From an uncultured delta proteobacterium (GTDB lineage Bacteria > Desulfobacterota > Syntrophia > Syntrophales > UBA2185), in assembly GCA_963729715.1 (NCBI GenBank), contig CAVSPA010000005.1:96001-160000 (forward strand): a stretch of 64,000 bases of DNA. The letters are read 5' to 3'. Both the position numbers and the translations under genes were made by a program. A model generated the notes under the pieces. It saw nothing but the letters and a program-made list of their open reading frames with translations, did no database searches and had not been told where the DNA came from. Below are positions 1 to 9,331 of this stretch, piece by piece. Each line of letters begins with the position of its first letter. Position 1 is the stretch's first letter.

Positions 1-1125
1 TTTTATGTCTTCTTCAGTATCTATATTGTAGCGTAGAAAGGTGCTCGTCGTTGTATGTCCACTGGCTGCCATGATCCTGGCGAAATCATGCCCTTGCATC
101 CGCCAGTTTGTGATACACATATGCCTGAAGTCGTGAATCCACAGGTCGGAGATCTTGGCGGCGCGACAGGCGGTTCTGAATGATCTTGTTATTCGCTTTA
201 GAGGCTTACCATTGTACGTGAAAACATATTCACTCTCGGCTGTTCCTCTCATATCTTTTAGCATGCCAAGAATATATGGGTGTATGGGAACGTCGCGCGG
301 TTTCGTGGTTTTTGTATCTTGCGCCCTTAGATGTATCAGTCCCCTTTCTAGGTCGACCCTATCCCATGTCAGTCTCATTAGCTCACTGAGGCGCATTGCA
401 GTATAGAACGCTGTGACAATAACTTGCCACGCATGTGGAGGAAGATTGGAAAAAAGCCTATTCAGTTCGTCTGCAGTAAGGCACCTCTTCCGGACATTAT
501 CTTCTTCAAGAGGTTTGACTTTTCTCAATGATTGTATAGCAATATTTTTTTCGTCTGCTGCCATATTCAATATCCTTTTCAAGCAGGCTACCTCTCGGTT
601 AACGGTTGCTGGACGTGTTGTCTGTTTGTTTTTCTTCCATGCCGGGTGTGACATTTCCTTCAATCGCCGGATTCGATACGTCTTGACCGTGTCGGCAGTA
701 ATCTCGCTTATTCTCTTCTGACTGAAAAATCTTTTCAAGTGTCGAATGGATAGTTCGTCTCTATTACAAGATCTCTTCTCCTTTACAGTTTCGAGATTGA
801 TATACCAATCAGCAAGATGGTCAAAAACTGGATCTTTCACCTTGTTTATGTACCTTCCTTCAGTGCGTAACGATATCACTTCTCGGAACCGGTGTTCCGC
901 AGCTGCTCGATTCGGACCTATTCTTTCACGTTTACGCCGGTAATTGTTATTGTAGTACTCGATCCAATATGTGAGCTTCCCGCTCTTGTATGGATAGCCA
1001 CAGCCGCCACATTTTTTCCGCGGGACTAATCTGAAACTTTGCTTGCCCGCGACATCAACATCTTTCTTCTTTTCTGTTTCACCATAACGTGCGCGGCATT
1101 TCGGACATTCAATCAGTATTGCCAT
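1..1125 (-). CDS. int: Tyrosine recombinase/integrase with N-terminal Zn-ribbon (3' end off the window)
   Basis: Not in the ORF track. Manual translation from ATG 1125 gives MAILIECPKC...KCGGCG...TAMRLSEL...IHDFRH...SGH...FLRY, i.e. the R-HxxR-H-Y catalytic set. Confidence 0.93.
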   Translation of the reverse strand, partial: MAILIECPKCRARYGETEKKKDVDVAGKQSFRLVPRKKCGGCGYPYKSGKLTYWIEYYNNNYRRKRERIGPNRAAAEHRFREVISLRTEGRYINKVKDPVFDHLADWYINLETVKEKRSCNRDELSIRHLKRFFSQKRISEITADTVKTYRIRRLKEMSHPAWKKNKQTTRPATVNREVACLKRILNMAADEKNIAIQSLRKVKPLEEDNVRKRCLTADELNRLFSNLPPHAWQVIVTAFYTAMRLSELMRLTWDRVDLERGLIHLRAQDTKTTKPRDVPIHPYILGMLKDMRGTAESEYVFTYNGKPLKRITRSFRTACRAAKISDLWIHDFRHMCITNWRMQGHDFARIMAASGHTTTSTFLRYNIDTEEDIK

Positions 1126-1137
1126 AGTAAGCCTCTT

Positions 1138-1947
1138 TCAGGAACCAGGTGACCTCCTGCTATTTATGAACTTCAAAACTGCCTCGTGACCGACTCTCTC
1201 TTCGCGCATTGCCTTTATGACAATCAGATCCAATTCGGACAGCGTATTACGTAATATATTCCGTTGGGCAATCAGCTGCCTTGCTTCATCATATGTCAAA
1301 TCTTTGTTCACTTCCTTGAAATCCATGTCCTCTTCTGTAAATAACGGCGCAATGTCCTTCCTTGAAACAGCATCCCAGTTTCGTATCCTATCAAAAAGCC
1401 TCTTTGTCACTTCTTTCTGGGCGATGGAAAACACACATTTTGATTTCAGTATATAAAAAATAAGTGCGGGAAAAGACACCGCCAGATTGATCAGGTCCTT
1501 TTCCTTTTTCCCCCTGATCAAGAAAATATTGTCCCGGTCATCCCTGAAAGCCAACGCGAAAATCCATGGCAAACCGATTTTCCTGTAAATTTTACTGAGC
1601 ATTTCCGCAGGCGCGACAAGGCAAATCAGGTCTATCTTCAAACTGAAATCGGCGACAAGGTACAGAGGATCAAGGAGGGATTTGAATATCCCGCCTTGCT
1701 GCGCAAACATCTTTATAAGGCCACCGCTTTTGAAAGGATACTGAGACCTGCCGGAGATGTATTCCGGATCCAGGCATATTGTTGCTCCCATCTTCAGCAA
1801 GGCTTCTTTCGAAAGGCTTGCCTGTCCCTTTTCATATTTCTGCAGCGATGGTTGAGCTATCCCAGCTGCGGAAGAAACCTCGACTTGAGTCCGGCCCATC
1901 GATTCCCTAACAAATTTGAATAGTTCGTTCAAAGCTAGATTGTGCAT
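1138..1947 (-). CDS. XRE-family HTH repressor with C-terminal extension
   Basis: VRESMGRTQVEVSSAAGIAQPSLQKYEKG is an HTH_3-type motif; gene is divergent from the xis-like gene. Confidence 0.8.
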   Translation of the reverse strand: MHNLALNELFKFVRESMGRTQVEVSSAAGIAQPSLQKYEKGQASLSKEALLKMGATICLDPEYISGRSQYPFKSGGLIKMFAQQGGIFKSLLDPLYLVADFSLKIDLICLVAPAEMLSKIYRKIGLPWIFALAFRDDRDNIFLIRGKKEKDLINLAVSFPALIFYILKSKCVFSIAQKEVTKRLFDRIRNWDAVSRKDIAPLFTEEDMDFKEVNKDLTYDEARQLIAQRNILRNTLSELDLIVIKAMREERVGHEAVLKFINSRRSPGS

Positions 1948-1966
1948 AAAAATTATAACTTTTCCC

Positions 1967-1994
1967 TTGACATAATCATATTAATGTATATTAT
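1967..1994 (+). promoter_or_regulatory. Putative sigma70 promoter of the rightward xis-rep operon
   Basis: TTGACA-N16-TATTAT in the AT-rich divergent intergenic region. Confidence 0.4.
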
Positions 1995-2102
1995 TGCTAA
2001 TATAAAGCCAGTAATATAGATAAGCTGCTATATAATTATCATACTCTAACAGGATTAGTCAAACAAAAAATGTCAGGCATAAAAAAAGGGAGATAAGAAA
2101 AG

Positions 2103-2315
2103 ATGGAGACAAAGGAGGAACATAACAAGATGAGAATCCAACTACTTACTGTACCGGAATCGGCTGATGTATTGAGAGTGAAGACGGTTACGATGCGGCA
2201 ATGGATAGCACAGGGCCGCCTTCAGGTCGTGCGCCTTGGCCGTCGTGTCCTTGTGGAGCGGGAGGTTTTGGAGCAATTCGTAGCGAGGTCACGCTGCCCG
2301 GGGCAGGAGGTCTAG
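2103..2315 (+). CDS. Excisionase-like HTH (HTH_17) protein
   Basis: LLTVPESADVLRV...RQWIAQGRL..VRLGRRVLV; 70 aa, next to int and repressor. Confidence 0.85.
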   Translation: METKEEHNKMRIQLLTVPESADVLRVKTVTMRQWIAQGRLQVVRLGRRVLVEREVLEQFVARSRCPGQEV

Positions 2316-2316
2316 A

Positions 2317-3420
2317 ATGGGAGATTATGTAAAGAAAGATGCCCCGGGGCAACCTGGCACGGAAGACACCCAGGGCACTTCGCGACTCGGAGAAAACCCC
2401 GAGGAACGCTTAAAGGATAAGCCGGAACCGGAAAAAAATCAAGCGATCAGTTACGGACAGGCGATCGATATTATACGGGCCATGTCGGGACAGCAAAGCG
2501 TCATCACGTGCCAGAGGGTTTTCCTGCATTTGGTGGGAGGTGATTTCCCTGCGGCGGTATTGCTATCGCAGCTCGTCTTCTGGACCGGGCGAGGTGCGGA
2601 CCCTGACGGCTTTATCTGGAAGACTTATCAGGACCTGGAGGATGAAATCGGATTAACGAAATATCAGGCCATGAGAGCCAGGAATGTATTGGAAAGAATG
2701 CAAGTACTTGAAACAAAGGTGAAGAAGGCACTCGGAAGCCCGACAGTACACTATAAGGTCCTTCAGGATAATCTATTGAAATTAATGGTTAGTTCAGTTT
2801 CTTCACTATCGAAAGTTAAGAAACTGAACAATCGAAAGTCAAGAAACCAAACTAACGAAAGTGAAGAAACCAAACGAACCATAACAGACATAACAACAGA
2901 CACCACACAGACAACGACGACAGACGGCACGTCGTCATTATTCAACTGCTCTGAAGGGAAGAAATTTTTCACGCCGCTTCGAGGATGCGAAGCGGACAAA
3001 ATCATCGACGATGTCATTTCTATGGAGTATGCGGGGAAGGCGAAAAACGTGAGGGCCCTCAGGCAGCACTTGAGGAAGTTAGTCGCCATTGGGAAGCTTG
3101 AAATCCCCGAGGGGTGGAATGAGTTGTTAGAGAGAAAAAAGACCGCAGTTGAGAGGAAGGCCGCAAACAAGACGTCTCGCGGGCTAGAGGCTGACGCAGA
3201 AGAAGTGGCCAGGGAGGCCATAAAGGAGTTTGGTGTCTTGCTGGCCGACCGGCAAGTCGGATACATAGACCGTGCCCGGGAGGCGAGCCGGGGAATGATT
3301 CAATCCCCCATGGTTCTGAAGATCACTGCTGCGCAGTTGTGGGCCTCTGAGCAGCGCAAATGTACACTGCCGAGCGACGAATATGACAATGATAGTTTGA
3401 ATCCAATGTCAGCGACCTAA
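2317..3420 (+). CDS. Phage-type replication initiator
   Basis: N-terminal wHTH-like AVLLSQLVFW...WKTYQDLEDEIGLT, a Thr-rich linker, and iterons inside the gene. Confidence 0.75.
   Translation: MGDYVKKDAPGQPGTEDTQGTSRLGENPEERLKDKPEPEKNQAISYGQAIDIIRAMSGQQSVITCQRVFLHLVGGDFPAAVLLSQLVFWTGRGADPDGFIWKTYQDLEDEIGLTKYQAMRARNVLERMQVLETKVKKALGSPTVHYKVLQDNLLKLMVSSVSSLSKVKKLNNRKSRNQTNESEETKRTITDITTDTTQTTTTDGTSSLFNCSEGKKFFTPLRGCEADKIIDDVISMEYAGKAKNVRALRQHLRKLVAIGKLEIPEGWNELLERKKTAVERKAANKTSRGLEADAEEVAREAIKEFGVLLADRQVGYIDRAREASRGMIQSPMVLKITAAQLWASEQRKCTLPSDEYDNDSLNPMSAT
2792..2875. repeat. Iterons: 3 direct + 1 inverted 20-bp repeats (putative ori)
   Basis: CGAAAGTnAAGAAACyrAAC at 2810, 2833 and 2856 (23-bp period); inverted copy at 2792-2811. 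Confidence 0.8.
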
Positions 3421-3668
3421 CCTTCCCGCCGCGAAATCCGCCAGCATTGAAGGTCCTGTCCTTGTTAACCATAAGATCGTAAGGGCTCACGAAAAGGCCG
3501 TGACGTCTACACTGAAGCACAATGAGTTACATTGTAGACTAATAGCTTACAGTATCATGCAGACTGTCGGGACTGGAAAATTGTTTGTGCTCAAATTTTA
3601 ACACGATTTTTCGCGTGATCAGGACAATTATTATTCTCACTGCCAACGGAATCAACCAGAGTGGAAAC

Positions 3669-4052
3669 ATGAAAAAAACAACACCCAAAAAGACAGTGCA
3701 TGCCTGGTGCCATTACTGTGTCCAGAGCAAGCGGGATAAGGATGTCCGGGACTGCGCAGGACATATTGTCTTTGTGACGGGGAAGCCTTGTCCGTTTTAT
3801 CAGTACAGGTTGGGTCACAGAAGACCCCGTGTCAAAGTCCTCCGCCAATATTGCCTGGAGTGCATGGGGGGGCGGAAAGATTTCGTGCGAGAGTGTAAGT
3901 CTGATGACTGCATGATCCACCGATATCGCCTTGGGAAAAACCCGGCGAGGGTGGGAATAGGAAATAGCAAGGTAGCTGAGTTGAGGTTTCAGCTCACAGA
4001 ATCATTTTTTTTACAGTCCGTTGGCAGGAATAACATAGAAAAGGAGGCATAG
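3669..4052 (+). CDS. Small Cys-rich protein with two tandem putative Zn-binding repeats
   Basis: WCHYC...VRDC...CPFYQYRLG and YCLEC...VREC...CMIHRYRLG; ATG 3669 preferred over the TTG at 3585. Confidence 0.7.
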   Translation: MKKTTPKKTVHAWCHYCVQSKRDKDVRDCAGHIVFVTGKPCPFYQYRLGHRRPRVKVLRQYCLECMGGRKDFVRECKSDDCMIHRYRLGKNPARVGIGNSKVAELRFQLTESFFLQSVGRNNIEKEA

Positions 4053-4054
4053 GT

Positions 4055-4495
4055 ATGGTTCAGGTGGATATCGAAAGCAAGATGGAATACATAAATCAAC
4101 TTCTCCAAGGGCTGCCGGCAGAATACAAGCTGAGGACCATCCAGGGGATTTTGTATGATTTGAGAAATGACAAACAGCTCTTTGATGCCCTGGCACAGAT
4201 AGTCAAAGACATCCAGAAGGGTAATTTCACCGAAAAGGAAAAGTATCAAAACAAATTTGGCCGGGCCATCAAGTGGGCGGAAAGCCGGCTGCGGAACGAA
4301 AAGGACCCAGAAAAGTTAAGGAAACTTACAGCCAGACGCCTTGCCGCTGAGTACTCAGCGAGAACTGGATGGGCTCAAAACCTGCTGTACAAACTCATGA
4401 AGAAGGTGAAGCAGAAGGAATGCATGCGCCGCCTGCGGGAACGACGAAAAACCGAGGGAACGAAAGAAGAAGGAATAGTCAATGAGCACGGATAA
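4055..4495 (+). CDS. Hypothetical basic protein
   Basis: 146 aa ORF with GGAGG RBS, tightly coupled to both neighbours. Confidence 0.65.
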   Translation: MVQVDIESKMEYINQLLQGLPAEYKLRTIQGILYDLRNDKQLFDALAQIVKDIQKGNFTEKEKYQNKFGRAIKWAESRLRNEKDPEKLRKLTARRLAAEYSARTGWAQNLLYKLMKKVKQKECMRRLRERRKTEGTKEEGIVNEHG

Positions 4496-5066
4496 AGAAT
4501 ATAAACTTCCTGCTGTATTTGTGCCGCTGTATAGCAAGTATATGAAACCGTACGGTTGTCGTTTCGTGGATCCCGGGGTTTTCCCCGCTTTGTGTGATCT
4601 GCTGGATCTGCTTGCCAACGAGGGCAACTGCCCGTCCGTAGTTCTTAAAAAGTATGCTAACGACGTAGCAAAAGCCTTGAGTACGGTCACGCTGTTACAG
4701 CACTCAATCAATGTCACGGAGAATTTAGCAACTCAATACAGGAGGTATTATCACCATGATCTCGACTTCAGATTTTGCGTCCCGCTGATTCTATTTGCAG
4801 GCCTGGGCCACGACCTTGGGAAAATACCCAAATATGTAACATCATGGCAGAGCAGGTTCCGGCACCCCGAGGTAAGCGCTGATATCATCTTAAACATGTT
4901 GGATAAATACAATGCCGACCCGCCATGGAAATTGATGCTTCTGAGGGCTATCAGGCATCATCACGCCCCGATCGGGGATGACAGGCTGACTGCATGGCTA
5001 TGTAAAGCCGACCGAGAGGCCCGTCAAGACGAACTTTGGAAAGCAACAGGAAGTGGTTCAATATGA
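4482..5066 (+). CDS. HD-domain protein (short paralog)
   Basis: LQHS...GLGHDLGK...RH...AIRHHH...AD motifs. Confidence 0.8.
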   Translation: MSTDKEYKLPAVFVPLYSKYMKPYGCRFVDPGVFPALCDLLDLLANEGNCPSVVLKKYANDVAKALSTVTLLQHSINVTENLATQYRRYYHHDLDFRFCVPLILFAGLGHDLGKIPKYVTSWQSRFRHPEVSADIILNMLDKYNADPPWKLMLLRAIRHHHAPIGDDRLTAWLCKADREARQDELWKATGSGSI

Positions 5067-6265
5067 GATACAAAGAAGATGAAGTGATAATAAAATCCGG
5101 CGGAGTCAAAATAGGGGACTTTGAGTATTACCCCACGAACTCGCTGCACCGGTCTTTGTGGGAATCTTATATAAAAGTGTATATCCAATACTTCAATGGC
5201 AGCGGGACATTCCGTCCGCTCTGTGCGCTTCTGGACATCCTGGCGAAAGAGGGTGATTACCCGTCTGCCAGGGTTGGGGAAGCAACCATGAGCGGGAAAA
5301 CGGCTGAGCGCCTGGCAAGGGTTAGCCTCAACTCACATGCGGTACGGGTCGCACGAAATATGATTAAGATCCACGGGGAATATACAGCCAATCGAGGTTA
5401 TGATCTTGAGTACAGAGCCGGAATCCCACTCAATATCATTGCTGGCCTCGCCCACGATATTGGGAAGCTGCCGCGGTACAATGAGAACCGTGGTATCGAG
5501 GACCGTAACCGTTATCAGCATGCGGATACAAGCGCCAACGCACTTGTAGAAATATTCAAAAAAACTAACACTCCCGTCGAGTGGCTGGAAAATACCAAAA
5601 TATTGGAGGCCATCCGCCTGCATCATGGAGGCATAATAGAGGATGAAAAAATAGTGAACTGTTTAAGACAGGCGGATATCAGGGCCCGCGGCAGCGAGCT
5701 AGAAAAGGATCTAAACACAACAGAGGAATACGGGCCCTACGTTCTATTACCTTGCTCCAAGTGGCTTCAGGGTCAGGACCTGATCGATAAGATAGAGAGA
5801 TGGGTTAACATCATGGATTACAGCGGCAAAAAAACAAAGAATGGCAAGTCTAAAATCCATGCGTTCTCCCGGGGGGATATGGTGTATGTCTATCCTTATT
5901 CCCTCTATAAAATGGCAAAGCAAGTGTACAAAGAAAAATGGACGCTAGCTGACTTCCTGTTTGAGTACAAAAACGGCTACGCCACCTGGGAGGCAACAAA
6001 GGAAATTATCAAGGTTTTGCATGAGAGAAAGTTGCTGAGTCCTGATTACGATCTGGAGAAGTATCCCTTTGGCAGACCATACGTCTTACGCTCCTCGCTG
6101 GATCCTCACAGAACCTATACACCTCTGTTGGTTCCAATCCCCGTAATGCATTTCAAGACCCAGCCTGAAATATTCTGGCGTAGACGGCAGGGGTGGATCA
6201 GGACGATCCACTGGATGAAACCGCGGTATGGGAAGAATGAGGATCATTGGTCTGATGATTGGTGA
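5063..6265 (+). CDS. HD-domain protein, possibly MOBH/TraI_2-like relaxase
   Basis: NSHA...GLAHDIGK...QH...AIRLHH...QAD plus a C-terminal domain; ATGA overlap at 5063-5066. The relaxase role is inference. Confidence 0.7.
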   Translation: MRYKEDEVIIKSGGVKIGDFEYYPTNSLHRSLWESYIKVYIQYFNGSGTFRPLCALLDILAKEGDYPSARVGEATMSGKTAERLARVSLNSHAVRVARNMIKIHGEYTANRGYDLEYRAGIPLNIIAGLAHDIGKLPRYNENRGIEDRNRYQHADTSANALVEIFKKTNTPVEWLENTKILEAIRLHHGGIIEDEKIVNCLRQADIRARGSELEKDLNTTEEYGPYVLLPCSKWLQGQDLIDKIERWVNIMDYSGKKTKNGKSKIHAFSRGDMVYVYPYSLYKMAKQVYKEKWTLADFLFEYKNGYATWEATKEIIKVLHERKLLSPDYDLEKYPFGRPYVLRSSLDPHRTYTPLLVPIPVMHFKTQPEIFWRRRQGWIRTIHWMKPRYGKNEDHWSDDW

Positions 6266-6720
6266 CCTCTCCCACAAAGATGAAAGCCTGGAATGAAATT
6301 TCCTCCAGGCTTTTTTGCCCCGCTGCGTTACTTCCCGGATACAATTTTTACAACTTTTCCCCGTTATTTTTACTCACACAAGTGAGTTATACGTCACCAA
6401 CTTCTGCCTTGAAACAGAGAAATAGTGATATAAATGTGAATGCTACTACTATTATATAATATAAATTTCCGAATTTACGTGATACTGAATAATTACAAAG
6501 ACTTATGAAATTTAGCGGGTTCTTCTTGCCGGACATGTGAAATAGTGGTGAATAGGTATACTATATATAATAATAATATATAATTCAAACTTCCGTCAGG
6601 CAGGGTTCCAGGGTTTCACTTGCGTGACCGCACAGCTCGATTTTAGGCTCTGCGCATGATTCCTACTTCAACAGTTCAAGGTCAAAAAGTGTCATAGGAT
6701 CTTGAAGGCGAGAGCGTAAC

Positions 6721-6861
6721 TCGCTGCAGGTTCTTGGCAGCGGGTGGAGCTCTCATAGAGGATTCAATACGAACGAAGGTCGCTGCAGGTTCTTGGCAGC
6801 GGGTGGAGCTCTCATAGAGGATTCAATACGAACGAAGGTCGCTGCAGGTTCTAAGCAGCGG
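6721..6861 (+). repeat. 59-bp tandem repeat (2 full + 1 partial copy) with internal hairpin
   Basis: Units start at 6721, 6780 and 6839; each begins TCGCTGC-N9-GCAGCGG. Confidence 0.9.
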
Positions 6862-7300
6862 ACGAAGTGAAGGATTGCGAAGCAAAGAAGATTCAGGCGA
6901 ACACATATAATAATAAATTTTCTTATAGCGTCACAGTCTATCCATGACTACAGCACAAGCCATGCTCATTCGGGGTACATTCAGTGCACAAACAAATCAT
7001 AATTGCCTCACGAATGCCGCTGATCAGTTCGCAGATTCCCTCAACTAATTTCAATATCATCATAAATATTTCTTATCTCCAAATTTCGCTTTTTGTCACT
7101 TTCTCTCCTCATTCACACCAATTTAGAAAGTAGTATGTTCGCTCATACAAGCTTCCGGAATTTTATTCTGGAATGTATGTGTACTGGTATCGGTCACGGA
7201 AGTCACAGGAAACTATATTTGAGAATCAGGACAATGATGCGAGAAACAGAAATTTTTTAGATAATGTATGAAGTATTAAAAATATTTTCTTAAAAATCAA

Positions 7301-8797
7301 CATGCCCCGCGAGGGCACCACGAAGGCATGAAAATAAGTTGTTTATAGCTCTTTGACATTATATCCTTTCTTCAAAAGGAAGAGGGTCGTCGATATTTTG
7401 GTGGTCATACCCCGAGTAGTAATCTGACCCGGGCAGATTAAAAGAACCACGGATTGTTACCCCTTTGGGAGTACGCGTATTAAATTTTTCATCGATAATC
7501 TGCCCCCTTTTTTAAAGAGAAAGGAGACATGATTATGGGAGCCATTATTGAGAGATGCTGCGGTATCGATGTCCACAAGAAGAACATCGTTGTTTGCCTG
7601 GCGGTGGGCAAACCCCATGAGAAACCGAAGACAACCATCAAGACCTTTTCCACCATGACCCGTGATCTTCTGGCCTGTCGAGACTGGCTGGTATCAGAAG
7701 GTTGCACCCATGCGGTTGTGGAAAGCACCGGGGTTTACTGGAAGCCGGTATTCAACATTCTGGAGGACAGCATGGAGGTCATTCTGGCCAATGCCAGAGA
7801 TGTGAAAAATGTTCCCGGACGGAAGACCGACGTAAGGGATTGCGAATGGCTTGCCCAACTCCTTCGTCACGGCCTGGTCAAGGCGAGCTTTATTCCTCCC
7901 AAGCCGATCCGGGAGTTAAGAGACCTCACGCGCTACCGTGAGAAACTTACCCAGAAGCGTTCTTCTGAGATCAACCGCCTCCAGAAGTTTCTGGAGGATG
8001 CCAATATCAAGCTTTCTTCAGTGGCAACGGACATCAACGGGGTATCTGCCCGGAACATGATCCATCATCTGATCGAGGATGATATGAGCACTCAGGAAAT
8101 GGCTGATCTCGCCAGAGGGCGTCTCAGGAACAAGATCGAGGATCTGGAAAAATCCTTGGAGGGTTACTTTTCGGATCATCATCGTATCATCCTGAAACTG
8201 ACGCTTCAGATGATTGCCTCGTATGACGAGGCCATCGAGAAGCTGAACGATGAAATAGAGAAGAGGATGGAATCTTTCCAGGAGGAAGCTGAAGGTCTCC
8301 AGACCATTCCAGGTGTAAAAAAAAAGTTCGCTGAGCGGATCATCGCCGAGATCGGAATCGATATGTCACGCTTCCCATCAGATGCCCACCTCTCCTCCTG
8401 GGCGGGAGCCAGTCCGGGCAACAATGAAAGCGCGGGAAAACGAAGAAGCGGCAAAGTGACACAGGGGAACAAATGGCTCAAAAGCGCCTTGGTGGAAGCT
8501 GGATGGGCAGCGTCCAAAACAAAAAACACCTACTTGAGCGCCAGGTACCGTCGCCTGGCGGCAAGAAGGGGGAAGAAACGGGCAGCCCTTGCTGTCGGCC
8601 ACACCATCTTAGTTATGGCTTACCATATTATCAAAGAGCATCGCACTTACAATGAACTTGGTGCTGATTATTTCGACAAGTTAAATGAACAACATCTTGT
8701 CAGACGTTTAACATCAAGGATCACTGCCTTAGGCTATGAGGTCAAAGTAGAAAAACTGCCTGAAGCGGCTTGATGCACAGTTTTATTTTCGTATTAA
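7301..8797 (+). mobile_element. IS110-family element (ends approximate) with 5' non-coding region
   Basis: Transposase gene, about 230 nt non-coding leader, no terminal IRs. Confidence 0.8.
7529..8773 (+). CDS. IS110 transposase (DEDD recombinase)
   Basis: CGIDVHK, VESTGVYWKP, RKTDVRD, IPGV, ESAGK motifs. Confidence 0.95.
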   Translation: MIMGAIIERCCGIDVHKKNIVVCLAVGKPHEKPKTTIKTFSTMTRDLLACRDWLVSEGCTHAVVESTGVYWKPVFNILEDSMEVILANARDVKNVPGRKTDVRDCEWLAQLLRHGLVKASFIPPKPIRELRDLTRYREKLTQKRSSEINRLQKFLEDANIKLSSVATDINGVSARNMIHHLIEDDMSTQEMADLARGRLRNKIEDLEKSLEGYFSDHHRIILKLTLQMIASYDEAIEKLNDEIEKRMESFQEEAEGLQTIPGVKKKFAERIIAEIGIDMSRFPSDAHLSSWAGASPGNNESAGKRRSGKVTQGNKWLKSALVEAGWAASKTKNTYLSARYRRLAARRGKKRAALAVGHTILVMAYHIIKEHRTYNELGADYFDKLNEQHLVRRLTSRITALGYEVKVEKLPEAA

Positions 8798-8982
8798 TAT
8801 TCGACAGTTTATTAGAAGCTGGTAAAGTTACTCTTTTTATTATTTTGAATCCACGAAAAGGACTTGACTGATTGTATGTTTAGATATATTTTTGCATAAA
8901 TTTCAAGCGGATATTGAGGATAATAGCAAGCAAGCTTGTTCTTCACATTATTTGAGAGGGACAGATAAACTGATTTCTCGAC

Positions 8983-9020
8983 ACCCCGTTTCTCAAAAGT
9001 GAACGGGGTTTTTTATTTTT
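8983..9020 (+). terminator. Rho-independent terminator-like hairpin upstream of the hsd operon
   Basis: ACCCCGTT-N11-AACGGGGT followed by a T-tract. Confidence 0.6.
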
Positions 9021-9331
9021 ATTGCTTCTGACAAAAATGCTCACAAAAGTTGCCATTAAAGAGGAACTTTACGACCAGTTCTGGCCGGGAGAAATGAATT
9101 ACGACGGGAACAACAAGCCGTATGCGCGGCAGATCTCCGATCACAAACGCAAGATCATCGCCCAAATCGAGAACGGAATTGCCGGCGACAAAGATAAGGT
9201 GCTTACCGCGGCGCGCATCAATGCTTGTAAAGCCAAATTGCCGTATTAGACCACATTGTTATCGGACAAGACGGCTTCCTGAGTATGCGACGCAGCCATC
9301 CGGAATCATTCATTTGAGGGAATAATCTTCG

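Noticed and set aside
4482..6265. Cas3 HD nuclease
   Set aside because: No Cas3 helicase or Cascade genes; context is an integrative-element backbone.
1..6265. Intact prophage
   Set aside because: No terminase, capsid, tail or lysis genes before the att site.
6721..6861. CRISPR array (23-nt palindromic repeat + 36-nt spacer)
   Set aside because: The two spacers are identical, there are only three repeats, and no cas genes are visible; tandem duplication is simpler.
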